Source of the DNA: a virus
Lineage: Duplodnaviria; Caudoviricetes
Direction: 5' to 3' (one strand)
Length of the DNA stretch: 28,787 nucleotides
IMG/VR virus record: IMGVR_UViG_3300017748_000085
Location: 1-28,787 of that record
Each line of letters starts with the position of its first letter. The first letter of the stretch is position 1. The notes below the pieces were generated by a model that was not told the origin of the DNA, searched no databases, and saw only the letters and a program-made list of their open reading frames with translations. Shown here piece by piece: positions 1-8,643 of this stretch. A program made the position numbers and the translations under genes.

Positions 1-98
1 CGAACCCTTCCGGCGCTTTCCGAGATGCCTTAATAGTGTTAAAATCAGAACAAGACGCCGCCGCCGCACTGCGAGCCAAAAACGAAGAAGACTGGTGA
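1..98 (+). CDS. 3' end of an upstream gene, possibly a tail assembly chaperone (partial)
   Basis: Frame 3 is open from the window edge (NPSGAFRDALIVLKSEQDAAAALRAKNEEDW*), with TGA at 96-98, 5 bp before the tape measure start. Function is inferred from position only. Confidence 0.45.
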   Translation, partial: NPSGAFRDALIVLKSEQDAAAALRAKNEEDW

Positions 99-103
99 TT
101 TAG

Positions 104-3100
104 ATGGCACTGAATAAGATTTCAGAAGAAGTGATTGAAGTCAGGCTCGAAGGTGCCAAAGAGGTCGACCAGCAAATCGGCGAATTGTCGAAGCGTCTGG
201 ACAAGCTGGAAAAGGCAAGCAAGAAGACCGACAAGTCAACCGAGAAGGCTTCGCAAGGGTTCTCAAAGCTACAGGCAAGCATAACCACGGCAGGCGCAGC
301 CGTCGCAGGGTTTCAGGCGGCAATGGCTACAGCAGGCGCGGCGATGTCAGCAATCAAAGCGCCGGTTAACTTAGCGATTGAATTCGAAACGCAGTTTAAC
401 CAAATCAAGACGCTCAACAGCGAAATCGGCGATGACTTGCGAAACAAGTTGCTTGACCTAGCGAAGCGCGTACCACAGACCGCCGGCGATATTACTTCCG
501 CAGCTTACCAAGCAATCAGCGCAGGCATTGACCCCGGTCAGGTTACCGAGTTCCTCGAAGCGGCAAGCAAGTCAGCCGTCGCCGCAGGTGGCTCGCTCAC
601 TGAGTCGGTCGAGCTATTGACGGCAGGCGTTAACGCATTCGGCAAGCAGGGCGAAACGGCTTCGAGTGTAGCCGATAAGCTATTCGCAACCGTCAAGCGA
701 GGCGTAACAACCATTCCAGAGCTAAACGCGGTCTTCGGTCGTGCAGCGGCTACCGCTTCGAGTTACGGCATAGGGCTCGACGAAGTGCTTGGCGCAATTG
801 CCACACTAACGAAACAAGGCTTGCCGACTGCCGAGGCGGTGACACGGGTCAACGCTACAATTAAAGAGTTAAGCCGCGAAGGTGGCACGGCTGCGAAGGC
901 ACTTAAAAAGCAAGGCGTACAGGTCGGCGTTTTAGCTCTACAGCAAAAAGGGCTCGTCGGTGTACTTGAAGACGTAAACAAGGCGACAGGCGGACAGGCG
1001 GACCAACTCGCCAAGCTGTCAGGCAGGGCAGAAGCGGTCGGCGGAATGCTCGGGTTGACCGGGCGCAACATGGAAGATTTCCGAAGCACGGTGCAAGGCG
1101 TTAATACTGACATCGGCGCAAGCGGTGAAGCCTACGACGTGATGAACTCAGGCACACAGGGCGCGATTAATAGTTTCAACAGCTTAAAAGAAGGCGTGAT
1201 GAGAGAGCTAGGCGAGCAGACGTTACCCGCGCTTAACGAGCTTTTAAAATCGCTTTCCGTTGCGATGAATGGCTCCAGCAATGCGGCTAAGGCTTTCGGC
1301 AAAGGGTTGGCGAGCATTATTAAAATCGGAACGCTAGTCGTTAAGAACATCGACATGATCGCGGCGTCGATGTCGGTGGCGTTCACTGCAAAATACTTGC
1401 CGGTCTTCATTGCGCAGTTGGGGAAGATGCGCGCCAGCTTTATGGCGTTCAATGCGATAGTCGCGGCGTCTGGCTCTACAACCGGGGCGGCTTATGGTCG
1501 GCTACTCGTCGGCGGAATCGCTAAAGTTTTGTCTGGCCCGATGCTAGCCGGCGCGGTTGCGCTTGCGGTCGCCGGGGCGGTAGGGCTTGCGATGGAGGGC
1601 GCGGAGGAAAAGGCGCGCGAGGTTCGAGAGGCACAGCGAAAAGAGTCCGATCAAGACTTGAAAGACTTTCTCGCTTCGGAAGGTATAAGAGGGGACGCCA
1701 TCGAGAAGCGTCTCAAAGGCGAGGCGCGACTCGTTGCAGCGGAGCAGCTAAGGGTCAAAGCCGCACGCGAAGCCAACAAGGGAAATCAGGAGTTAGCGGA
1801 CGGGCTCATTAACCTTACGCAAAAGATCGACGATAACAAGACCGGGGTACTCGCACTGAATGATTTGTATTCGGCAAGCCCAGAGGCGGCGAAAGTCTTA
1901 ATTCAAACCCTCAACACGCAGGCGTTATCGTTTGACGGACTAATTAAGAGCCAAGACGACGCAGTGTCTTCGGCGAAGGGGCTAGAGGAGCAAAACGCGG
2001 CGCTGTTAACTGGACAAAAGAGGCTAGAGGAAGCCAGAAGGGTCGCGAACGCAGAGTTGCAGGAAAATCAGAGCATTCTGGCAGACTTTCAAAACAACGC
2101 CGAAGCCGCACAAGCAAAAGCCGAAAAACTTCAAAAGCGGTTAGACGCGTTTAGCATTGAGGCGATTCGAGGCGCACCAGAAGCATTCGAGCAGCTAAAG
2201 AACGACCTAAAGGAAGCAGAGAATCAGGTCGAAGAAAATAACGCGGGCATGACCATTTTCACTGAAAAGGTGCGGGACAACAAGCAGACCATCGACGAGG
2301 CTGGTGACGCCATTCTCCAGAGCAAGGAATCGTACAAGGTTAATGCTGATCAAATCGCAGTCGCGACAAAGCACTACAAAGAAAACCAGGCGGCTATTGA
2401 CAAGACGGTGACAGCGTTAGACCGCGAAATCGCCGCACTCAAAGACGCCGCGAAGGCTCGCAAAGAAGAGGCGGCAGGCAATCGCGAGTTTATTGCAGCA
2501 ATTGAGAAGGCGCTCGGTATTGAAATCAAGCAAGCGCAAGCGCGAAGCAAAGCGAAGGAAGCCCAAAAGAAAGCAGCCGAGAATTTCTACAAGCGGTCAA
2601 CCAAGGCGCTACAGCAGGCAGAGCGCACAGCGGAAAAGCTCAACATCGATAAACTCAAGCGGGAAGAAAAGTCAATCGAAGCCATGAGCGAAATCGCAAT
2701 CCGTGAGGTCGAAAACCTTCGCACGATTAGTCTCGCAAGGCTTGAAGCACGCGACGACCTAAGCGAACTCGCCAAGCTTGAAGAGCAACGCCTCATTAAC
2801 TCCAAGGCGGACCTCAAAGTTAGCTCGATGAAGATTGCGAAAGAAATCGACCTAGCCGCAGCGCGACGACGAACAGCCGAGGCGATAGAGTCCGGCAACA
2901 TTGCACAGATAAACGCGCAAAAAGTAAGCAAGAAAGCCAAAGACGCGCAGGTGACGCAAGAGCGAGCAAAGACGCAGGCAACCATAGACGGCATCGACGC
3001 CAGAGAAAGAGCAGCAACCGCAGCCGTTGCGAGAGAATCAGCGCAGGCGCAGCAAGTCGCAGCCGTTGAAGCGCCAGCACAAGACACGGCAGCCGCAGAA

Positions 3101-3874
3101 GCGGACAAGGCACGAGCACAAGAGAAGCTACGCTTCGAGCTTGAGTTTATGCAGCAAGGTAGCCAGGAGCGAATGGCGAGAGAGTCAGAGCTTCGCGTCG
3201 CAGAGCACAACGCACGCATAGAGCAAATGAAAATCCACGACGAAGAAAAGATTAGACTTAAAAAGCGCGTGCAAGACAAAGAAGTCGAGATAGCAGAAAA
3301 GACCGCGAAAGAGCAGGAGCGAATACAAAGAAACCAAGAGGAAGCAGCAGCCGACGCGGTAGCGAATACGCTCGGCGAGCTTTCACACGTTGCCGAGGCG
3401 GTCGGGGCATCCGACTCTTTTGTCGGCAAACTCGAAGCGGCGCAAATCATAGCGAAGGGCGTTTATCACGGATTCCAGGGCGCAAGCGACCAGGCGGACG
3501 CTTTATCACACTTTGGGGACGGCAATGTCGCGCAAGGTATCGCAAAGCAAGCGGCAGCGATTGCACACTTTGCACAGGCGGCAGCCGCGCCGATGATGGC
3601 ATCAAGGGCGATGAGTGGTGGCGGCGGTGCCGGTGGCGGTGGTGGTGCTGGTGTATCAGGCGGGGCGGTATCAGGACCACGACGCACAAGCGAGGGACCG
3701 ACCAGAGAGCAACAAGAGCAACGCGCCTCGATACAGTTCGGCGATATTGTACTTTCCGACGTGCCGGCTTTATTGTCTCGGCAGGGTACACGAGCACTAG
3801 GGCAACAAATAGCGGGCGACGTAGCCCGCGAAATCAACCGCAGCAGGGCGCTCCCTGGCGGGTTTAGGGTTTAA
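104..3874 (+). CDS. Tail tape measure protein (TP901-like N-terminal region)
   Basis: 1256 aa, Ala-rich and helical. The N-terminal region is typical of TMPs (FETQFNQIK...AAYQAISAG...ADKLFATVKRGVTTIPEL), followed by hydrophobic segments, long coiled coils and a Gly-rich C-terminal linker. Confidence 0.93.
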   Translation: MALNKISEEVIEVRLEGAKEVDQQIGELSKRLDKLEKASKKTDKSTEKASQGFSKLQASITTAGAAVAGFQAAMATAGAAMSAIKAPVNLAIEFETQFNQIKTLNSEIGDDLRNKLLDLAKRVPQTAGDITSAAYQAISAGIDPGQVTEFLEAASKSAVAAGGSLTESVELLTAGVNAFGKQGETASSVADKLFATVKRGVTTIPELNAVFGRAAATASSYGIGLDEVLGAIATLTKQGLPTAEAVTRVNATIKELSREGGTAAKALKKQGVQVGVLALQQKGLVGVLEDVNKATGGQADQLAKLSGRAEAVGGMLGLTGRNMEDFRSTVQGVNTDIGASGEAYDVMNSGTQGAINSFNSLKEGVMRELGEQTLPALNELLKSLSVAMNGSSNAAKAFGKGLASIIKIGTLVVKNIDMIAASMSVAFTAKYLPVFIAQLGKMRASFMAFNAIVAASGSTTGAAYGRLLVGGIAKVLSGPMLAGAVALAVAGAVGLAMEGAEEKAREVREAQRKESDQDLKDFLASEGIRGDAIEKRLKGEARLVAAEQLRVKAAREANKGNQELADGLINLTQKIDDNKTGVLALNDLYSASPEAAKVLIQTLNTQALSFDGLIKSQDDAVSSAKGLEEQNAALLTGQKRLEEARRVANAELQENQSILADFQNNAEAAQAKAEKLQKRLDAFSIEAIRGAPEAFEQLKNDLKEAENQVEENNAGMTIFTEKVRDNKQTIDEAGDAILQSKESYKVNADQIAVATKHYKENQAAIDKTVTALDREIAALKDAAKARKEEAAGNREFIAAIEKALGIEIKQAQARSKAKEAQKKAAENFYKRSTKALQQAERTAEKLNIDKLKREEKSIEAMSEIAIREVENLRTISLARLEARDDLSELAKLEEQRLINSKADLKVSSMKIAKEIDLAAARRRTAEAIESGNIAQINAQKVSKKAKDAQVTQERAKTQATIDGIDARERAATAAVARESAQAQQVAAVEAPAQDTAAAEADKARAQEKLRFELEFMQQGSQERMARESELRVAEHNARIEQMKIHDEEKIRLKKRVQDKEVEIAEKTAKEQERIQRNQEEAAADAVANTLGELSHVAEAVGASDSFVGKLEAAQIIAKGVYHGFQGASDQADALSHFGDGNVAQGIAKQAAAIAHFAQAAAAPMMASRAMSGGGGAGGGGGAGVSGGAVSGPRRTSEGPTREQQEQRASIQFGDIVLSDVPALLSRQGTRALGQQIAGDVAREINRSRALPGGFRV

Positions 3875-3877
3875 CCA

Positions 3878-5512
3878 ATGGCAAACATCATACAGCGACC
3901 GAAAGTAGCCATAGCGGGCGAGTTTGACGGTTCTCCGTACGTTGGGGCGGTTTACACTCGTGCCGGTAACGCGGTAACGGTTGCAGCTAACACAAGCAGC
4001 GCACCACACTCGGATATTATCGCATTTTTGAATGGCTACGGCTCACGCAGTGGGCGCGATCTTGGTTCAATAGTCGATGTCAGTAAGCCGAGCGCGTTTA
4101 CGAGTCTCTCTTGCGGGATAGATGAGAGCGACAGATTTTACGTTGAAGGGTCGCACACGTTTACTCACGCAGGCAGCGGAGCGCAGCTAGAAGCCTCGCG
4201 CGCGATGTTTGGCTTTAGCGGGTCGGAAACGGTGACGGGCTCGGGGCCTTACAGGCTCACGGCGTCAGGACGATGGCAGCGCGGCGTATTTCAACTCGAT
4301 TATGATTCAGTCGGCGGGCTAAAGATAGCGCAGACTTCAACATCCAGCACTGCGACTTCGTTTAAATATGTATCGGCTGAATCTTGGACTTTTAACGGGA
4401 TTGACGCTGTCCTTTTTCGTCCAATGACCTCATCATTCACAAGCGGCGCGACGGTCTCTGACTTTTCGGTTAACGACATCATCTCTGCAACGTCTAGCAG
4501 TGGCGCAACGATCAGTTATAAGATTATGAACACCGTCTTTTCCGGGGGAGAGACATATTGGGTTTTACAAAATACCGACGGGTCCGCGCTAAGTTACTCG
4601 GCTAGCTTTAGCACTCACGGGTTTTATGCGAGCGGAACACTTTTTTCTGGAACTGTGCCGGTTACAAGTTCGGTTGTCACGGATGTCGCGCCTTCAAACG
4701 CAAGAGTTCAAAATCTCGTTACATGGCTCCGCGTTCGTGGCTCGGTTAGCGATGCCGATGATGTTTACTCCGGCAAATGTTTAGAGGATGCAGAATACAC
4801 CGCCGGAAATACTTTCATGACTTGCGTGTTAGAGGCAGACGGGCGGGTTTCGTTTAACTACCCTAGCACCCAGGCGGCCTATCCGACATTGACAAGCATA
4901 CAGACCATCGGCGAGGCGTTATTTTTACGCCTTGGTTTCGATGGCACCGAGACAGCAGCAGCGACCACCACCAATCACCGGCAGCTACGCGGGGCAAATC
5001 GTGCGCCGTGTGTACTGGCAACGAATCGCGGCTATGTAGAGTTGCGGCGTGAGGTTTTAGGTCGTGACGATTACACAATCATGGCAGACGGCTCAGTCGT
5101 TAGCGGTGGGCTCACTCCTATTAAAGGGTGGCGGCTCATTGTTCGCGTGTATGGTCCGGCACACGGTTACACGGTAGACCTTGAGCGGCACCTTCGCGAG
5201 TGGTGGAAGTATGCGCGGCGCGGGCTTACCATTTACCCGACGTTCGGCGACCAGGCGAGTAAGGCAAAGGGCGGTAACGATACGCGGCGACATGTTGACT
5301 TGATAGGGCTTTATGGCACGACCGCACACCATAACTTATTCCAGACCGTAGAGGCGGACGAGAGCGCGACCCATTTCGGTAAACGTGTCGGCGGTCGGCT
5401 GCTAGTTAAGAGGCACCCACAAGACGCGCAAGCACGCCGAGAAGATTACAGCTTCGAGCTAGATATTCATCAGGATATTATGCTCCGACTACTAGACGAC
5501 ACATCGAGGTGA
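3878..5512 (+). CDS. Putative tail-tip / distal tail structural protein
   Basis: 544 aa, starting 3 bp after the TMP stop. Beta-rich, with a Ser/Thr-rich central segment. The assignment is positional. Confidence 0.55.
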   Translation: MANIIQRPKVAIAGEFDGSPYVGAVYTRAGNAVTVAANTSSAPHSDIIAFLNGYGSRSGRDLGSIVDVSKPSAFTSLSCGIDESDRFYVEGSHTFTHAGSGAQLEASRAMFGFSGSETVTGSGPYRLTASGRWQRGVFQLDYDSVGGLKIAQTSTSSTATSFKYVSAESWTFNGIDAVLFRPMTSSFTSGATVSDFSVNDIISATSSSGATISYKIMNTVFSGGETYWVLQNTDGSALSYSASFSTHGFYASGTLFSGTVPVTSSVVTDVAPSNARVQNLVTWLRVRGSVSDADDVYSGKCLEDAEYTAGNTFMTCVLEADGRVSFNYPSTQAAYPTLTSIQTIGEALFLRLGFDGTETAAATTTNHRQLRGANRAPCVLATNRGYVELRREVLGRDDYTIMADGSVVSGGLTPIKGWRLIVRVYGPAHGYTVDLERHLREWWKYARRGLTIYPTFGDQASKAKGGNDTRRHVDLIGLYGTTAHHNLFQTVEADESATHFGKRVGGRLLVKRHPQDAQARREDYSFELDIHQDIMLRLLDDTSR

Positions 5513-5513
5513 T

Positions 5514-6206
5514 ATGAGCGAGTTTGAGAGAGAATGGAACGCAAACAAAGCCGACGCGGGCGCATATGATGACGACGTTCTCGGCGAGTTGCTCCGGTGT
5601 GGTGCGCGAGCTATACAAGCCGCCGCAGGTTTAAAGGTTGATGGTCTAGCCGGACCCGCCACCATCGAAGTTATCGAGGGCATTTTAAACAAGACGACAG
5701 CGGCACCAGGTAAGCACGACGCAAAGAAGCCACAGTTTACGCAGCCGATACCAAGGCGAGCAGCGGTCGAGGCTTTTTATGGCTCGTTCCGCTATAAGGA
5801 TCACCCCGATACACCGGGCGCGATTATTATCGAGCGCGAGTGGGTACGTCAAAACATCGTAGGGCTAACGCTTCACACTGGGAAAAAGGTTTGGGTTCAT
5901 CGGCTAGTCGCTCACGAGCTTGGCGAGCTATTCGAAAAGGCTTGCAAGGTGAGCGGCTACACGCCGAAGAGTGTGGCGTCGTGGGTACCTCGGCATATGC
6001 GATGGGACAGCAAGCGCAACCTGTCGCGTCACTCGTGGGGCATTGCTTTCGATATCGATCCAAGTCTTAACGGTGTAGGCATGAAGGACACGCCGCTGCA
6101 CCGGCACCCAGAGTGGGCGCAGGTGTTTCGCGATGCGGGTTGGACTTGCGGCATGGACTGGAAAAACTATCCAGACCCGATGCACTTCGAGCGGGTGGCG
6201 CGTTAG
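5514..6206 (+). CDS. Endolysin: peptidoglycan-binding domain plus M15-family peptidase
   Basis: PG-binding motif LKVDGLAGPAT; M15 Zn motifs SRHSWGIAFDI and DPMHFE; GAGGTG RBS just upstream. Confidence 0.88.
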   Translation: MSEFEREWNANKADAGAYDDDVLGELLRCGARAIQAAAGLKVDGLAGPATIEVIEGILNKTTAAPGKHDAKKPQFTQPIPRRAAVEAFYGSFRYKDHPDTPGAIIIEREWVRQNIVGLTLHTGKKVWVHRLVAHELGELFEKACKVSGYTPKSVASWVPRHMRWDSKRNLSRHSWGIAFDIDPSLNGVGMKDTPLHRHPEWAQVFRDAGWTCGMDWKNYPDPMHFERVAR

Positions 6207-6217
6207 GGCTGTCGCCT

Positions 6218-6529
6218 CTAGGACTCAAGAGCCTCAATGATTTGCACTTTGAGGGCAGCCTTCGCGCTTGCCGCGCTTTGGACAATCGTCCCGCCGTCGT
6301 ATCGAGAGCCGATGCGGACATCTGCGGAGAGAAAGTATCCATTTACCGTGGTGCTATAATAACGAACCAAGGTTCGCTGGCTTCCGTCATTAGTGAAGAA
6401 TTCGTCAGTGTTAGCCTCCATCTTGCCGATCGAAATCCACTGTCCGTCACGCTCAACAAGTACAGGGTGAAATGCTGGAGACCAATTGTTTGCTTTTACC
6501 GCTTTTCCGAATTTGATTTGGTTGCTCAT
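6218..6529 (-). CDS. Hypothetical protein (promoter-proximal accessory gene)
   Basis: Start moved to the ATG at 6529 (MSNQIKF...), which follows an AAACGGAG RBS and the conserved promoter motif at 6568-6600. Confidence 0.7.
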   Translation of the reverse strand: MSNQIKFGKAVKANNWSPAFHPVLVERDGQWISIGKMEANTDEFFTNDGSQRTLVRYYSTTVNGYFLSADVRIGSRYDGGTIVQSAASAKAALKVQIIEALES

Positions 6530-6567
6530 GTTTGCTCCGTTTGTTTTGTTTGCTGCGTTCTTCATGT

Positions 6568-6600
6568 CTTATTTATACGTTTTTCGTACATAATAAGTAA
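6568..6600 (-). promoter_or_regulatory. Conserved phage promoter motif, copy 1
   Basis: Minus strand reads TTACTT-N17-TATAAA-TAAG, then an A/C-rich leader and AAACGGAG. Same layout as the copies at 11817 and 15551. Confidence 0.65.
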
Positions 6601-6691
6601 AGCAGAAATATAAACAATCGTAAAAGCGTAATGATTGTAGTCATTTAGGTGTGGTGCTTTTTGTTGATTTTACTTGTGGGGCGCTTCGGAT

Positions 6692-6922
6692 TTACCCGTC
6701 GCGGTTGGAATCTTCGATCATTTCGATGGCGCGGGTATTGACTGCCACCATATCGCGCAGAGCTTCGGCACCCTTGCGAAGGTTCGCTTTCTCCAAGCTG
6801 TCGGCGTCGATGTAGTCGAGTATGATTTGGTTCGACTTCATGATCATTGCGCGAAGCTCCGCGATTTCGTCGAGCTTGTCGCCGGTGTTACCGAAAAGGA
6901 TGTCATTCATATTCATAGCCAA
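6692..6922 (-). CDS. Hypothetical protein
   Basis: 76-aa helical ORF starting 3 bp after the ssb stop on the same strand. Confidence 0.65.
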   Translation of the reverse strand: MAMNMNDILFGNTGDKLDEIAELRAMIMKSNQIILDYIDADSLEKANLRKGAEALRDMVAVNTRAIEMIEDSNRDG

Positions 6923-6925
6923 CCC

Positions 6926-7423
6926 CTAGAATGGTATCGGGTCAGACCCGCCGCCGTTGTTGCCCCAGTTGCCTTGATTGCCGCCACCGTTGCCATTCCA
7001 TCCGCCGCCGCTTTGTCGTGGCGCTCGGTCGGGGTTTTGGGCTCGTGACTGCTGGTTATAGCCTCCGCCGTTGCTCTGGCGCTGCCCGCCACCATCGCCA
7101 CCGAGGAAAGCAACCTCTTTCGCGACTACCTCGAAAGCCTTGCGGTCGTTGCCGTCTCGGTCTGTGTATTCGCGGGTTTTGATTCTGCCCTCGATGTAAA
7201 CCTTTCGACCTTTGCTCAAGTACTGCCCGCAAAGCTCCGCAGTTTTACCCCAGGCGGTAACGGTGTGCCATTCTGTATTCTCGACACGCTGCCCGCTCTT
7301 GTCGGTGTAGCTTTCCGACGTGGCGATGCGCATATTCGCGACGGGTTGCCCGCCGTTCGTTTGTCTAATCTCCGGGTCGCTGCCCAGGTTGCCCACTAAA
7401 ATAACTTTGTTAACGCTCGACAT
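6926..7423 (-). CDS. ssb: Single-stranded DNA-binding protein
   Basis: [15 protein letters not shown]...TEWH...[11 protein letters not shown]-fold, Gly/Asn-rich linker and C-terminal DPIPF tail. Confidence 0.97.
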   Translation of the reverse strand: MSSVNKVILVGNLGSDPEIRQTNGGQPVANMRIATSESYTDKSGQRVENTEWHTVTAWGKTAELCGQYLSKGRKVYIEGRIKTREYTDRDGNDRKAFEVVAKEVAFLGGDGGGQRQSNGGGYNQQSRAQNPDRAPRQSGGGWNGNGGGNQGNWGNNGGGSDPIPF

Positions 7424-7722
7424 TACTTTCTCCGTTTTAGTTTTAAGAGATTGACGCGAATCTCTCCAAGTTCACAATCACCGCACGCCCGGTGCCCTGT
7501 TAGCGTAATGTCCATGTAATCCGCTCCCGCTCGTTCCATGATGCCAATCTTGTGTTTAGCCTCTAAGTGACGACGCCCGCAAGAGTCGCCAGAGATTAAA
7601 CACCGCTCGCCCGGCTTGGCTCTTTCGCAATAAAAGAACCGCCGCGCTTGCGCCTCATTTTGCGGACGCTTACGCTTAAACAGTCCGATACGCTTTATCA
7701 GGTCATCGACAGTATTAGCCAT
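7423..7722 (-). CDS. Hypothetical Cys-rich (possibly Zn-binding) protein
   Basis: 99 aa with five Cys including CGDC. Its stop overlaps the ssb start (TAATG). Confidence 0.65.
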   Translation of the reverse strand: MANTVDDLIKRIGLFKRKRPQNEAQARRFFYCERAKPGERCLISGDSCGRRHLEAKHKIGIMERAGADYMDITLTGHRACGDCELGEIRVNLLKLKRRK

Positions 7723-7733
7723 TTCGGAAGCCT

Positions 7734-7766
7734 TTTACAAGTGTAAAGATTTTTATTGTAATAAAA
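7734..7766. promoter_or_regulatory. Divergent control region with two adjacent palindromes
   Basis: TTTACA-AG-TGTAAA (7734-7747) and TTTTATT-GT-AATAAAA (7751-7766) in the AT-rich gap between the ssb operon and the replication operon. Confidence 0.55.
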
Positions 7767-7791
7767 CCCTCCGCGGTGTAAGTGTAGGACA

Positions 7792-8643
7792 ATGAAGTCA
7801 AACGAACCACAAAAAAGCCTTTTCTGTTTTCTACTCAATGAAGACGGCGGCGAGCTTATCGCTAAACTGTCACCGGCACCCGTTACCCCTGTGCTACTTG
7901 CGCTTACAAGTGTGTGCAATGGTGACATGGTAGTTAAATGTAGTCAAACCACACTGGCGAAAAATTTAGGCATGCACCGCGGGACGCTGCACCGAGCGGT
8001 TAAAGCGTTGGAGTCTGCCGGGCTAATTGTAAAGCTTGGGCGGTCAGAGTATCGGGTTTTGAGTGTTAACGAAATGCGTCAAACGTTGCACCATGCAACA
8101 TTCAAGGCTCAAACGTCGCACCATGCAACATTCGAAGGGGTAAACGTTGCACCATGCAACATTCCGCCGCAAACGTTGCACCATGCAACATTCGGAAAGC
8201 CGAAAAGCGGTGATGACACTTCTTATAATATACTACCACTACGTGGTAGTAGTAGTGCGCGCACAGGCGCACGTATAGCAACACCACCCACAGAGCAAGA
8301 GAAAATCGTACGACTCGAAAACATTATTGTCGAAAAGCTAGGCCGCCAGGTTTGGGACCGCTCCACAAATTGGGCGGAGTTGTACGACAGAGCAAACCGA
8401 GACATCGAGTTAATCGAAGACGCGGTTATCGCCTACCAGGAGAAGGTGATACAGGCGGGACAGAATCACAGTTTTACTAGGCTTCTAAACTTCGTTAAGC
8501 GAGAGCGCATTAGTAGGGAGAAGCAAGAGCAGAAGGCAAACCCGACGCGCCCGGCATATCGCCCGGCGGAGTTACACGGGCACGCAGCCAAGGCAACACA
8601 AGACGAACTAGAAAGGTTGAGCAGGTTTTTAGATGGATCATAA
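7792..8643 (+). CDS. Replication initiator (N-terminal HTH, lambda O-like organisation)
   Basis: HTH SQTTLAKNLGMHRGTLHRAVKALESAGLI; internal iteron array; overlaps the start of dnaB. Confidence 0.82.
   Translation: MKSNEPQKSLFCFLLNEDGGELIAKLSPAPVTPVLLALTSVCNGDMVVKCSQTTLAKNLGMHRGTLHRAVKALESAGLIVKLGRSEYRVLSVNEMRQTLHHATFKAQTSHHATFEGVNVAPCNIPPQTLHHATFGKPKSGDDTSYNILPLRGSSSARTGARIATPPTEQEKIVRLENIIVEKLGRQVWDRSTNWAELYDRANRDIELIEDAVIAYQEKVIQAGQNHSFTRLLNFVKRERISREKQEQKANPTRPAYRPAELHGHAAKATQDELERLSRFLDGS
8081..8193. repeat. Iteron array, probable replication origin
   Basis: Four copies of AAACGTTGCACCATGCAACATTC at 8081, 8111 (one mismatch), 8142 and 8171, spaced 30/31/29 bp. The unit contains the dyad GTTGCA-CCA-TGCAAC. 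An AT-rich patch and the inverted repeat TACTACCAC-TAC-GTGGTAGTA (8231-8251) follow. Confidence 0.88.

Noticed and set aside
2587-3450. Long minus-strand ORFs opposite the TMP, and similarly 18395-19321 and 20299-20838
   Set aside because: They are Ser/Ala/Cys-rich antisense shadows of well-supported genes, with no recognisable motifs.
3615-3675. GGC/GGT-rich repeat as a collagen-like or contingency repeat
   Set aside because: It encodes an ordinary Gly-rich linker near the TMP C-terminus, with no Gly-X-Y periodicity or perfect tandem unit.
6570-6577. T4-type late promoter TATAAATA on the minus strand
   Set aside because: The other two copies read TATAACTA, all have a -35-like box at 17 bp, they precede non-structural genes, and no gp55-like sigma gene was seen.
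8081-8193. Mini-CRISPR array (palindromic 23-bp repeats with variable gaps)
   Set aside because: The gaps are only 6-8 bp, the array lies within an intact initiator ORF, and no cas genes are present. Iterons explain it.
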